This document shows, piece by piece, positions 13,665 through 27,119 of a stretch of DNA of 64,000 nt. Both the position numbers and the translations under genes were made by a program. This DNA is from Octopus sinensis (taxonomy: Eukaryota), in the NCBI RefSeq assembly GCF_006345805.1, contig NC_043004.1, forward strand, positions 88,040,001 to 88,104,000. Reading direction: 5' to 3'. The notes under the pieces were generated by a model that did no database searches, was not told the DNA's origin, and was given only the letters and a program-made list of their open reading frames with translations. Position 1 is the first letter of the stretch. Each line of letters opens with the position of its first letter.

Positions 13665-13865
13665 TTCTTTTATTTGTTTCAGTTATTTGACTGGGTCCAT
13701 ACTGAAGCACCACCTTTAGTCGAACGAATCGACCCGAGGAGTTATTCTTTGTAAGCCTAGTACTTATTCTATCGGTCTCCTTTACCGAACCGCTAAGACA
13801 CCAACACCGATTATCAAGTGATGGTAGGGGGAACAAACACACACACGCAAACATACACACATACA
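13665..13865 (-). mobile_element. SINE type B 3' fragment
   Basis: ctgaagcaccacctttagtcg..gtaagcctagtacttattctatcgg. Confidence 0.8.
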
Positions 13866-13869
13866 CCCC

Positions 13870-14465
13870 CATGATACTTCCTGGACAATTCCGAGAATTC
13901 CTGGAAATTCCAAGCTGGAAAGTTACGAGGATGAGACACTTCCAGGAAAGTTTCGAGATGATACTTCCTGGAAAATTCCGAAGACTTTCTGCAAAGTTCC
14001 AAGGATGAGACACTTCTGGAAAGTTCCAAGGATGAGACTTTATGGAAAGTCCAGATGATGATAATTTCTGGAAAATTCCGAGGATTAGACTTCCTGGAAA
14101 ATCCCGAGTATTTCCTGGAAAGTTCCAATGATGATACATTCTGGAAAATCCCGAGGATTTCACGGAAAGTTCAGAGGATGAAACTTCCTGGAAAATTCCG
14201 CGGACTTCCTGGAAAGTTTCGAGGATGAGAACTTTCTGGAAAGTTCCGAGGATGATACTTCCTGGAAAAATCAGAGGATTCCCTGGAAAGTTCCGAGGAT
14301 GAGACTTCCTGAAAAATTTCGAGGACTTCCTGGAAAGTTCCAAGGTTGAAACTTCCTAGAAAGTTCCGAGGATGAGACTTCCTGGAAAGTTCCCAGGATG
14401 AGACTTCCTGGAAAATTCCGAGGATTTCCTGGCAAGTTCCTAGGATGAGTCTTCCTGGAAAATTC
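13870..14465 (+). repeat. Diverged minisatellite (ttcctggaaagttccgaggatgagac, 18-27 bp variants)
   Basis: More than 20 degenerate units; the same family appears inverted at 53105-53490. Confidence 0.95.
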
Positions 14466-16861
14466 AATCAGAAAATGCTAGAAAATGCAATCAGATTTTC
14501 AAATCAAATACTGTTATTTTATTTAATGAAGGATTTACCAAATAATGTAGTTCGAAATGCTTGATGCCTGAAAAACAAAACATGCGACGGTCAGAGATTG
14601 AACGCCTTAAAGAGTATTCAGATCTTCTTCAAATCTTTACTATTTACTGTTACTTTACTATTCTGTTTAAAGAACGATTTATCGAAAAATGTAGTCCGAT
14701 ATACACGATGTCTGAAAAACAGTACAAGTGATGGTCACAAATGAAACGTCTTGAAGAGTATTGAAATCTTCAAATTATATTTCACTATTGTATTTATTGA
14801 ATAATGTAGTCCGAAATATACTGTGTCTGAAAAACTGAACCCGGGATGGTCACAGATGGAACGCGTTTGATCTCAGCTTTCCTAGATCAAAATAACCTGG
14901 AGAATAAACAACACCAATAAGAAAACAACTAATTTATTTTTAATTAATGATAAGCTTAACTTCAAGAGACTGAATATACCATTTCGCAAACAGAAATAAC
15001 ATAGGTGTGAGAGCTCTTGGAAATTTCCAAATAACAAAGATTTTCATTTTCTTTTGTTGAGATAATTGAAAGGCGACCTAACAACAACTAGGTTATATCT
15101 TACATCAATAAGCGGCGTACACCGGGATCAATTTGGCATTAAATACGCATAAACAACTAAATTCTTTGATTAAAACTCCCAGGTGTTGCTTTGGCCGACA
15201 CTTAATGAGAAATCGAATTTAATAAACGCTAATAATCGAAATTAAATAAGCACCGAATTTAATCTGATAGAAAGAAATGATTTGAAGTAATAATTCACAT
15301 ATTAATTAATATTTGCCGTAATTATCCCTCTATAATTTGACAGCTTCACATAAATGCATAATATTCTTCCCACGAATGTATAATGATTTATATAGTAGAA
15401 TCTAGATAGGTTATCTGGGAAATTACAATCAAAATCGTTTATTAAAACCAGCCGTTTCCGTCATTAGTTATATTCAAATATTATTCTGTAAACCAATTAA
15501 GAAGTTCCATATTATATGACGTTCTAACTCAAGTTACATGTTTCCGTATTCATGATTTAAAATAAGTCATTATATTCATATATTCATATTGTCTATATAA
15601 GATACATACACATGTATATATATATGTAAATATATGTGCGTATATTTTTATATGTAAATATATATGTGTATGTATATATATATATGTAAATATATATGTG
15701 TATATATATATATATGTATACATACCTACATACATATATGCTTACATACACACACACACTCATATATATATATAAATATGTATATATGTTTACACATATG
15801 TATATGTGTTTATATAAGTTAATATACACAGAATTTAAATATTTATCACTCACTGGATGGAATGCTCTTATTGTTGATCCTTCCAATAACGGAACAGTAA
15901 ACCACACACACACACACACACACACACGAATGTATATGTATGTTTATATATATGTATATAGAGACATTTTAGTGCACCAGATATGGTAGGTGCTGGCTAG
16001 AATTGCATTACACAATTTCAACACAACAAATGACAAATACATAAGTTTGTAAGATAATCTCTCTCTCTCACACACACACGCTTGCGCTCGCCCACATATA
16101 CTCACACACACATCGAAACACACACACATACTCATATACACATACTCATACACACACAGATAGATATACTAGATAATATATGTATATGTATTTTGGGTGT
16201 ATATTTTAGACTCGTTGAAGCTGATTGACTTCACTAATGTCTGTAATATATCTCCAGTATCGATATGTATAAAGCATTGATCACGATCCGCTTGATTGTC
16301 GACACGAATGACGAAACTTCTGACACACAACTGTATGTATAAGTGGGAGATTCTCATTCAATACCGTGCCATACATGAATTTATATCTAATTATTTTCAA
16401 TGAGTTTTTTCAAAGTGTCTTCTGTCGACAGAAAAAAAAACTTCTTAAGAACACAAGTAGCCTACGAGAGAGCCTGTATGTGGTCAATTCTTTTGCTTAT
16501 AACAACTGACAAATCTCCCTCAAATCACACCTATTGCATTATAACAAAAACAATAGATAATATGGTCCTGGGTTCTCTGCTTACGAGTAAACGAAGGAAT
16601 GGACACGGCTGGAATGTCTTTGATAATTGCTATACTCGTTCAGAACTGATCTGGTGCTAAACAACAATAGCGACCACTGAAACAACAACAGTTTCAGATC
16701 TTAAACAGCAGGATTCAGGTTTTATTGTACATCGAGAAAAGACAATTATTGACGTCCTCAAGTAGATCTTCTTTAATGTGAAGATAAAGAGTACAACGTT
16801 TACAACCAACAGATGAGTTCACTATCACAAGCAATATCCACAAGTAATGGTTGCTATAGTG

Positions 16862-17110
16862 GAAGCGAGTGGCTTAGTGGTTAGGGTGTCAGAATCATGA
16901 TCGTAAGATTGTGGTTTCGATTCCTGGACCGGGCGACGTGTTGTGTTCTTGAGCAAAACATTTCATTCCACGTTGCTCCAGTACACTCAGCTGGCTAAAA
17001 TGAGTAACGGTGCGATGGACTGGCGTCCCGTCCAGCTGGGGAACACATATGCCATTGAAACCAGGAAACCGGGCCCATGAGCCTGGCTAGGCTTTAAAAG
17101 GGCGCATTTA
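16862..17110 (+). mobile_element. SINE type C
   Basis: tggcttagtggttaggg..ggtttcgattcctgg..cttgagcaaa..gttgctccagt. Confidence 0.8.
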
Positions 17111-17214
17111 TTTATTTTTTTAATGGCTGATATAGAATATAATGATGTGATATAGAAGATAATGGTGGCAGCAAAGAGACGAACCACGTCACGAAATTAA
17201 AATATAAGCAGTTT

Positions 17215-17595
17215 TTATCTTTTACCTTTTACTTGTTTCAGTCATTAGACTGTAGCCATGCTGGGGCCTCAGCTTCAAGAATTTTTGGTCGAATGTATCG
17301 ACCCTAGCACTTATTTTTTAAAGCTCTAAAACTTATTCTACCGGTCTCTTTGCTGTCAAGCAGTGATCGGGGTACAAACGCGCGCATACACACACACACA
17401 CATAATTACACACACACACGCATGCACGCACACACACACTCACAGACACGACGGGCTCTCAGTTTCCGCCAACAAAATCTGGTCACAAGGCTTTGGTCAG
17501 CTCGGAGCTATAGTAGAAGACACTTGTCGAAAGTGCCACGCAGTGGGACTGAACCCAGAACCACGTGGCTGGGAAGCAAACTTCTTGCTTACTTT
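17215..17595 (-). mobile_element. SINE type B
   Basis: Tail, internal (CA)n and head cagtgggactgaaccc. Confidence 0.8.
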
Positions 17596-18405
17596 CTAAA
17601 GTTATCTCTACAGATTTTCAAAAGAAACTAGAGCCAGCAGTGATTTGTTACGACGTTTCGTATATGAATACGTATATGTAAGCAGTACTATCGAAGATAG
17701 AAAAATAAGCATATTTCAGGAGTCTTTGCTCCTTCTTTAGTACAACATCCAACCCACTAACTTTCCACGAACACATTACTTAAATAGTTACTAAATACAG
17801 CAGAATAATACAATTGGATGTACCAATTTTACATGGAGTTTGTTTAGCAGAGGTCAGTTAGTGAAGGAAATTTCCCTGTTTTTATGCAATATATTTGTAA
17901 GAACTGTGCTCCTTTACGATGTCTCAATGTGGTCATTCGATATGCAATAATAGAAGTTGAACTTTTTCTCAAATTAAACACACGTAGTGTCTTATAAAAT
18001 AAAGGAAAGCATCGGGGTCAGGGACTTGCAGGTATTAACGCATGCGAAAATGAACTGATGGTAGATTGGTGTCGGCTTGGCAGTAAGCATTCAGGAGAGC
18101 AGAAGAATTTTATGCGAAATTGAAATTAAAAAAAAAATCTTTTTAAAATCGTATTCCCACAAAAGAATGAGAAGCAAAATTGATGTTAACAGGATTTGAA
18201 CTCAGATTGTAAAGAGCCAGAACAAATACTGCAATACATTTTCCTGCACGCTAGCTATTCTGTCAATTCGCCAAACTCGTAGAGATAATCATAAAAGACG
18301 TCATCAGCAAGGTACTTAGAACTTTTGTGAGGAAGTGAAAGCATGGTTTAAAGTTTTGAACATTAATTAACTGAAATAAACTGACATGTAAGAAAATTAT
18401 TAGTT

Positions 18406-18975
18406 TCCTTATATTAGTAGTGAAAACTATTAATTGACAACGAATATATTATTCATTAGCAAATTCGGAAGTCATTTTCCAAGTGAACGGTCTTCTCTTG
18501 AAAGCTTCGTCAGCATTTTGAAGTTTCATCGGTACTTACTGAATTATAAGGCGGTGAGCTGGAAGAAACGTTAGCACGCTGGGCGAAATGCGCAGCCGTA
18601 ATTCGTCTGCCGTTACGTTCTGGGTTCAAATTCCACCGAGGTCGACTTTGCCTTCATCCTTTGGATCGATAAATTAAGTACCAGTTACGCACTGGGGTCG
18701 ATGTAATCGACTTAATCCGTTGTTTGTCTTGTTTGTCCCCTCTGTGTTAGCCTTTGTGGGTAGTAAAGAAATATGTATTCGTCTGTCTTTACGTTCTGAG
18801 TTAAATTCTGCCGCGGTCGACTTTACCTTTCTTCCTTCGGGGTCGATTAAATAAGTACTAGTTACGCACTGGGGTCGATGTAATCGACTTAATACCTATG
18901 TCTGTCCTTGTTTGTCCCCTCTGTGTTTAGCCCCTTGTGGGTAATAAAGAAATAGGTATTTCGTCTGCCGTTGCG
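18406..18975 (+). repeat. Copy 1 of a roughly 560-bp direct duplication (unique flank plus type A SINE)
   Basis: Nearly identical to 21767-22330, including about 140 bp of non-SINE flank. Confidence 0.93.
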
Positions 18976-19736
18976 TTCATAAATGATCGTATCACATAAC
19001 TGTTTGTCGCCTACATGCGTGATTCGAAACCAGGATAAAACACTAAGATATTTAGTACGGCGTTTTATACTGTCTACTGTGTTGATAAGGAGGGTTACGA
19101 TACTAATAATTCGTATAGAAATAAACTTAATACTTTCCAGAAGAGAATAAATAAAACGTTGTGAAGTTCATGCCTTTCCTAAGGGAATAAACGTGTAAGA
19201 ATAGGATTTTACATGCCGAGTCTAGACTGGAAGCACATTGGGAAAAAGCAACAACATCGTAATCTTAGATCTCAGCAAACTTAATTACTGAGAGAGGGGG
19301 GGAGAAGGAATGCGAGTGGTGGGTGTATGGGTGGTTCGGGTATACAATGCGTGGTGATGGTGCACTGTGCTGGCGTTATGTTTACAGCCATTATTTATTT
19401 ATTTGTTTTACTTTATCTTCTTCGTGCTTGATGCGCACGACCGCAAGTTCAAAAGAGTGCATATATAATCTTCAAAGTGACTGAACATTATCCAGTAAGA
19501 TATATATATACGGGTGCCTTCATTGGTATGTGACATTTAGGTTGGAAGGAGGGAACAAAATGGAGTTTTTCTTTTCAGCCGGGTCCACTAAGCACAACTC
19601 AGTTCCACATGTTTGGGTTGCAGGCTCGAGTGGGAACCTTGTTGGAGCCAGAGTGGGCTCCAAATAACTCTTCACTAATCTCAAACAGTAAAGCTAGAAA
19701 CCAAATTGCTACTTTGATCTATATATATATATTATA

Positions 19737-19776
<40 letters not shown>

Positions 19777-19976
19777 ATAAATATATATATATATATATAA
19801 ACATCTATATATATATATAATATATATATATATAATATATTATATATATATATAAACATCTTATTTTTAAAGTAGGAAAATTATCAGGAAAAACATTTCT
19901 ATTCATTTTTTCACATTGCACGCACACGCACCACACACCACCACATATAATATATATATGAGGGGTGTGTGGGTGT

Positions 19977-20016
<40 letters not shown>

Positions 20017-20028
20017 CACACACAGAGT

Positions 20029-20060
<32 letters not shown>

Positions 20061-20230
20061 ACTGTATTGCATGTAGTGATACGAACAAAAATAGTTATGC
20101 GTGAAATAGAATATATATATACATATATATATATATAAACTTTACATGTACCACGTCCTCGCGTTGTTGTTTTTTGTGTCTGTTTTTCTTTTTTGGATTT
20201 ACTATACACACAGACACCACACACACACTC

Positions 20231-20299
<69 letters not shown>

Positions 20300-21061
20300 G
20301 GGGTGGTAGGGTTTCTTTATTAGTGATGATTACTTCTAGATTACTGAAAGTTTCTCGCCGAAAAGACACTCATCAGACAGTTTTCCAAGAGTTCATCTAA
20401 TAATACAGAGCAACCTAAAAGCAACGACATTACCACCAATATATTGCTGTTTATATTTATGAAATAGAAACGAATAGTAACTCATGTGATGAATCAACTC
20501 GACTGAGTAAACTTAGAGACATTCCAATCGTGACTCTCCCGTCGTTTCTTTTCCTTTTGACAATATATCATTCGTTTGCATTATTTGGATTTTGGGGGAG
20601 GGGATGTTTAGGGGAGAGTTTTAGGACTGTTTGGATTGAAACGAAGACTTGTTGATGTTTCGAGCAATCAGATCGATCAACAGATTATTGGAGACTACTT
20701 CAGTAACTTGACACACGTGTGTGTGTGTGTGTGTGTATGTAGCTGAGTGTGTGTTTACGTGTGTATATGTGCGTAGTTGAAAGACCGAAAAATGAGTAAA
20801 CGTCGGGCACCGTTTTGTGCTTCGTCTTCCGTTAACCAAACAATTGTATTTATGTCATATACGGCTTATTAGGAATTTTAAGAAATACTACGAGTAAGCA
20901 TCAATGTAATTGTCACGTATTGGGAAGTGGCAAATACGAAGGAGTAATACAGGACTGTATCGGAAGAGTAAAAACCAGTTTGTGTAAACTAAAGAATTAC
21001 CCAAATACATTGTGAAGATATTGACCTCAAAAAGAGAAACAGCACAGAAGGAACAAGTTTT

Positions 21062-21515
21062 AATAAACGCTTTATTAGTTAAGGAAGGAATGAAAACGTC
21101 TTGATGTTTCGGACGCTGTTACTTCATCAGAAGAAAGAGACCGAAAATACAGAGGAAGAGTGAATGGGAAAAGTTGTTGGTGGAAGGAAAATAGAGAAGA
21201 ACGAGTGACGGGGTTAGGGGCCTGGTGGAAAACAGTTCTATAGAGGTGAGTAAGGGATGAGGGGTATGGGTGGATGCAAGCATAGGTAAGTATCCGTGTA
21301 GAGATGAGTATAGGGGTATGTGGTGTATGTGGGGTTTTGAAAGGATGTATATGTGTAGTGGTATGCAACATTGGAACTGGAGTGGCACAAGGTAGTGGGT
21401 AAGTGTGATGGGTGTTTAGATGTCATGTGGTACGTGAGGAACGTGGAATTGAGGTAGATTTTTGTCCAACCCGTTACAAATTGAATTTGCCATCCAACGT
21501 CGTTCTCTGGCAAAA
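21062..21515 (-). mobile_element. Penelope-like element 3' remnant with hammerhead-like motif
   Basis: Minus strand tcttCTGATGA-agtaacagcgtcc-GAAAcatc-aaga (21134-21099), followed by AATAAA; pyrimidine-rich pLTR-like body. Confidence 0.5.
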
Positions 21516-21766
21516 CTTCACAAATAAATATTTTGTTCTTCCTATTTGTCCTCCCAACTGTCTCTAGTTTAAATGATGCGGAGGTAGAAGTGGGGGATGG
21601 GACAGATAAATGGTTTCAATATTTAGCACTTATCAGAATAGACCATATTTTGTTTATTTGTTTCCCCATCCCCCTCCTCTTCTTACTATTCTCTAGAATT
21701 GTAGCTTTGATTTCCTCGTAAAAAAAAAAATAAGAGAGAGAGAGGAACCTATCGTTTAGGAAACAG

Positions 21767-22342
21767 TCCTTATATTAGTAGTGAAAACTATTAATTGACA
21801 ACGAATATATTATTCATTAGCAAATTCGGAAGTCATTTTCCAAGTGAACGGTCTTCTCTTGAAAGCTTCGTCAGCATTTTGAAGTTTCATCGGTACTTAC
21901 TGAATTATAAGGCGGTGAGCTGGAAGAAACGTTAGCACGCTGGGCGAAATGCGTAGCCGTAATTCGTCTGCCGTTACGTTCTGGGTTCAAATTCCACCGA
22001 GGTCGACTTTGCCTTTCATCCTTTCGGGATCGATAAATTAAGTACCAGTTACGCACTGGGTCGATGTAATCGACTTAATCCGTTTGTTTGTCCTTGTTTG
22101 TCCCCCTCTGTGTTTAGCCCTTTGTGGGTAGTAAAGAAATATGTATTTCGTCTGTCTTTATGTTCTGAGTTCAAATTCTGCCGCGGTCGACTTTACCTTT
22201 CTTCCTTTCGGGGTCGATTAAATAAGTACTAGTTACGCACTGGGGTCGATGCACTCGACTTAATCCATTTTTCTGTCCTTGTTTGTCCCCTCTGTGTTTA
22301 GCCCCTTGCGGGTAGTAAAGAAATAGGTACTTACTGAATTAT
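21767..22342 (+). repeat. Copy 2 of the duplication; the SINE retains a 17-bp TSD
   Basis: ggtacttactgaattat at 21892-21908 and 22326-22342 flanks the SINE. Confidence 0.93.
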
Positions 22343-23234
22343 TCGCGAGCTACTTTCCAAGTAAAGCTAGCAAATGTTTTTACACGTAATTAATTACTAA
22401 TTAAATACTAAATTGTATACTTGTTTAATGTGTCATAAATGCTGACAGGATAAGTTTGTCTAGGAAGACAATAGTTAATAGTTTAGCTATCTAGTAATAA
22501 TTACACCTTTGACTCATATCATTGGCCGTCGTTGCAAAAGCCATCGAAGGAACCTTCATGTGATGGAGAGATTCACTAGAAATACCAATCAAATTTTAGT
22601 CAAATTAAGCTCTGCTGTCTTGAAAATGTGACGAACCCATTGGATAATATATTAAAAGATATCCCTAAAAACAGACAGGATGATCCTGGCTGGAATACTC
22701 ATGATCATATACCTGCTTGATAATGACTGACTTCATATTAAGCAGCAGTAGCAGCAACAGCAGCCGCCGCCAGGGATTTTGAGAAGAATTCTATGAGCTG
22801 GTACAGAGTTCGTTTTTCAGGTCACTTTCCCTTCAGTCTATACTAAACTTCAATACATTGAAAGAATTTTCTTCAGTCTCTGGAAATTCTAGAATCGGAT
22901 ATGATGATGTATTCTCCGAATATATATTTTAATCCCCAGAATCGTTAGCACATCGATAAAATTCTTAGCCGCATTTTGCCAATCTTAACCTTCTGGGTTC
23001 AAATTCCGCCAATGCCGACCTTGCTTTTCATCCTTTGGAGGTCGATAAAATCAGTACAAGTTGAATACTGAGGTCAATGTCATCAGCTTTTCTCCTCCCC
23101 TGAAATTGCTGGTCTTGTTGCAAAATTTGAAATCAGTATTCTTATTATCAAATATTTTATCGCTCCCAGAGGGATAAAGTTACAGTTGACTGTGGTGGAA
23201 TTTGAACTCAGAATATAAAAGAGTCGGAACATTC

Positions 23235-23625
23235 TTTTATTTTGTATTTGCTTCAGTCATTTGACTTAAATCATGCTGGGGTACCGCTTTGAAGGGTTTA
23301 GTCGGACAAATCAACCTCAGTATCATTTTTGAGGGTTTTCTGTTTATTAAATGGGGTCTCTATTGCCGAACAGCTATATTATGAAGGCGTAAACAAAACA
23401 ACACCGGTTGTGAAGCGGTGGTGGAGGACAAACACAAATACAAAGACAAGCACACATACACACATACACACACATATACACGACGGGCTTCTTTCAATTT
23501 CCATCTGCCAAAATAAACTCACAAGGCTTTTGTCGGTTCGAGGGTATTGTAGAAGACAATTGCCCAAGGTCCGGCGCAATGGAACTGAACTCGAAACCAT
23601 GTGATTGGGAAGCAATTACACCACA
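23235..23625 (-). mobile_element. SINE type B, diverged
   Basis: Same cassette as 48729-49127. Confidence 0.75.
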
Positions 23626-23797
23626 TTTTCTCTCAATTAACTACATTTTATTCTTCTTTTTATTCCAAAGCTTCTTCTTTTCCTAAACTTCTTTTGTTGC
23701 TTTAAACAAAAAGCAGAAAAAAAAGGAAAAAGAAAAAAGTACTGAAGATCTATTCTGATATATTCTAATATTCAAATTAGTAGTCTTTAAAAAACAG

Positions 23798-23904
23798 CCT
23801 TATACAATTATCAAAGCTGGTGTTGAAAATGTATCTCCTGCTCCAGGTGTTATTGCTTCCACCCACGATATAAAAAATGACAAACATTTGTATAATGAGG
23901 TCTC
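23798..23904 (+). CDS. Candidate exon, unidentified (weakly cadherin-like)
   Basis: Open frame (VFKKQ)PYTIIKAGVENVSPAPGVIASTHDIKNDKHLYNEV ends at a consensus donor TC|gtaagt (23905). Possible acceptors at 23780, 23783 or 23797. Confidence 0.4.
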
Positions 23905-25029
23905 GTAAGTATGTTGATTAATTAGTAAGTATATTTATAAACCAATTCGTATATAATTGCTATTGTTTCATTCGTTAATTAGGGACGTGCCTATAGGCTT
24001 TTTAGACTATCCTAATGACTGAGGTTATTGGTATACAAACATACATACATACATACATACATACGTACGTACGTACGTACATACATACATACATACATAT
24101 ATGTATATATACATATATATGTATATATACATATATGTATGTATATATATATATATGTATATATATATATGTATGCATATATATATGCATGTATATATAT
24201 ATATATATACGTAGATGAATACACACACACACACCTACATAGATATATATATACGCATAGAAGTATATAAAGTTATGTAAATATTCATATTTACATATAT
24301 GCAAACATACCTACATACACACACGCACACACGTATATATGTATGTATGTATATGTATATATGTACATATACAAAAAAAAATATATATGTCTATACATAT
24401 ATATCTATATATCTATACATAAATACATACACTCACTCACTCACTCACTCACTCACACGCACACACGCATGTACACACACAGACGCACACATACACACGC
24501 GCGCGCGCACACACACATATAATATATGAAGACGGGATGAAAGATTGAGTGTGGAGTTAGAAATCTCTTCTCATAGAAAACGCAGAGTTTCTGCTAAAGT
24601 CGACCAAGGAAAGACTATTGGAAGATGGACAGAACAGCCCAGAAAACATAAAATATAGGTATACTAGCATACCCGTGTCATCAAAATTGCCAATAGTCTT
24701 ATTAATGATAGAAGCTGCCGCAAGAAACCATTGATAAATGTCAGCGGTCCGGAAAATATATGTACATACACAGTATCGAAGAAGCACTTGAGCGATTGGT
24801 TTTAACGTCTCGGTTGGAAATATATATGTCTATACATATATATTTATATATCTATACATAAATACATACACTCACTCACTCACTCACTCACTCACTCACT
24901 CACACGCACACAGAAATTCGGTCCTTGTACTCAACTGGTCCTTATTTTATCCGCTTCGAAAAGATGAGAAGCGAAATTGACCTCGGTGAAATTTGAACTC
25001 ATTGTCTACGTAATTTATATTCATACGTA

Positions 25030-25195
25030 CAGTATACATACATACACACACATACAGTATACATACATACACACACATACAGTATACATACATACACACA
25101 CATACAGTATACATACATACACACACATACAGTATACATACATACACACACATACAGTATACATACATACACACATACAGTATACATACACACAC
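25030..25195. repeat. Minisatellite acagtatacatacatacacacacat (about 26 bp)
   Basis: About 6 units. Confidence 0.92.
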
Positions 25196-25611
25196 ACACA
25201 CACATGTGTGTGTGTGTGCGTGTGTGTATCTGTGTGTGCACTGCATGTTTGTTTATATTTCTTGGAAAGATCGCTGCACTCGGAGCCCAAGAACTCGAGA
25301 CTGTAACGCCTGAGAGTAGATGATAACGCGTTATTCGCCCAACACCATGTTGCCGAGATAATTCTTTGTCATTTTCACCCTCAGAAATAAGCGAGTCAGT
25401 GAATGGCTCGTTGCAAATCTGCAACCAATGACGACATTGCTCGCACATTGTGATATGAATAAAAAAGCAAAAACAAAATAGAAAACCAAGCAAGACAAAG
25501 AAATGGTACTTTATCTGAAATGTTGCTGTCTTTACTTGTCCCTCTCTCAGACGGTGGAAATATCGGTTTGGAAATTTGGTACATGACCAGAATTTCTGTG
25601 AAGCGGGTAAT

Positions 25612-26372
25612 TCGATTAGTTCGGTCCTTCTACTCAACCGGTACTTATTTTATCCACTCCGAAAAGATGAGAAGCGAAATTGACCTCGGTGGAATTTGAA
25701 CTCAGAACGTAAAAAATGGACGAAATGCTGCTAAGAATTTTCCTCGGTGAGCTAACGATTCTGCCAGCTCACAGCCTTCGGTAGAAATATTGATTTCAAA
25801 TTTTGGCACACGTCCAGAAATTTTAGGGGAGGGTGGATATTCGATTACAAAAACCCCAGTGCTCAACTAGTACTTATTTTATCGAGCAGGGCAAGAGATG
25901 TCGGCCTCAGCGGTATTTGAACACAGAACGTAAAGACAGACGAAATACCGCTAAGCATTTCGCCCAGCTTGCTAACGTTTCTTATTTCTTTATTGCCCAC
26001 CAGGGGCTAAACATAGAGAGGACAAACAAGGACAGACAAAGGGGCGTAAATGGTACTTATTTAATCGACCCTGAAAGGATGAAAGGCAAAGTCAGCCTCG
26101 GCGGAATTTGAACTCAGAAAGTAGCGGCAGACGAAATACCTATTACTTTACTACCCACAAGGGGCTAAACACAGAGAGAACAAACAAGGACAGATAAACG
26201 GATTAAGTCGATTATATCGACCCCAGTGCGTAACTGGTACTTATTTAATCGACCCCGAAAGGATGAAAGGCAAAGTCGACCTCGGCGGAATTTGAACTCA
26301 GAACGTAACAGCAGACGAAATATGGCTACGCATTTCGTCCGGCGTGCTATCGTTTCTGCCAGCTCGCCGCCT
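25612..26372 (-). mobile_element. Cluster of type A SINE units
   Basis: Repeated ggcggaatttgaactcag and aggatgaaaggcaaagtcgac blocks; head ending gctcgccgcctta. Confidence 0.85.
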
Positions 26373-27119
26373 TAGACAGTAGACATATTGAATTTATTGA
26401 ATACTAGTAAATTGGAGTTAAAATATGTATGTTCCGAGGTACTTTTGTTTTCGTTATTACTCTAAAGTCTCCTTCAGTCAAACAGGTATGGCTGGTTTTG
26501 TAATGAGATTCCAACTTTTGTTTCACATGCTGTTTTAGGTTATAGGAAGTCGTAAAATTTTGATAACTGACTTGGTGGATATAAAATCGCCATTGTTGTA
26601 TTAACACAATATATTTTTGGTAAGTTGTGAGTCAGTTTGACTTGGTAGGAATTGAAAATTAATTAACGAAGTCTATAGTTCGTCAAATATCACAAACAGG
26701 ATTCAAAATATAAGAGACTTTATGAGTTTCTGGAGGTATTTGTCTTCGAGTGAATACGTGCGAGTTTATGAATATGGTTGTATATGTATGAGAGAGAGAG
26801 AGAGAGAGAGAGAGAAAGAAAGAAAGAAAGAGAGAGAGCGTGAGAGGGAAGGGGAGATGATTGTACTCATCCTCATTGACATTTTGTAGGTGTTAGTGTG
26901 TATTTGATTCTACTTGTTTATGCGTGTGTGAATGTGGCTATGTGTGTACAAGATAGATAGAGAAAGAAAGAGGGAGAAAGAGAGAGAGTGTACATGTGTG
27001 TTTGTGCATATACCTACTGGTGTTTTGTATGTGTTTCTTCGAATTTGGTAGTGCGTGTATTTATATATGTGTGAGTGGATTTGCCTCTTTGTAGGCGAGT
27101 GGCATGATTTGCCTATATA

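Noticed and set aside
12304-14465. Regular repeats considered as CRISPR-like arrays
   Set aside because: No unique spacers, eukaryotic context and no cas genes; these are minisatellites.
16585-16676. Minus-strand 92-bp open exon candidate (WSLLLFSTRSVLNEYSNYQRHSSRVHSFVY)
   Set aside because: Splice signals only; no homology, and the putative partner at about 16200-16320 lacks a good donor.
20343-20381. Minus-strand CTGATGA..GAAA motif
   Set aside because: Stem II pairs weakly and helix I/III and the NUH site do not register; at most a heavily decayed hammerhead.
24590-24670. STKERLL peptide shared with 30544-30564 using different codons
   Set aside because: A 7-aa match is expected by chance across six frames of 64 kb, and the 30.5-kb frame is flanked by stops.
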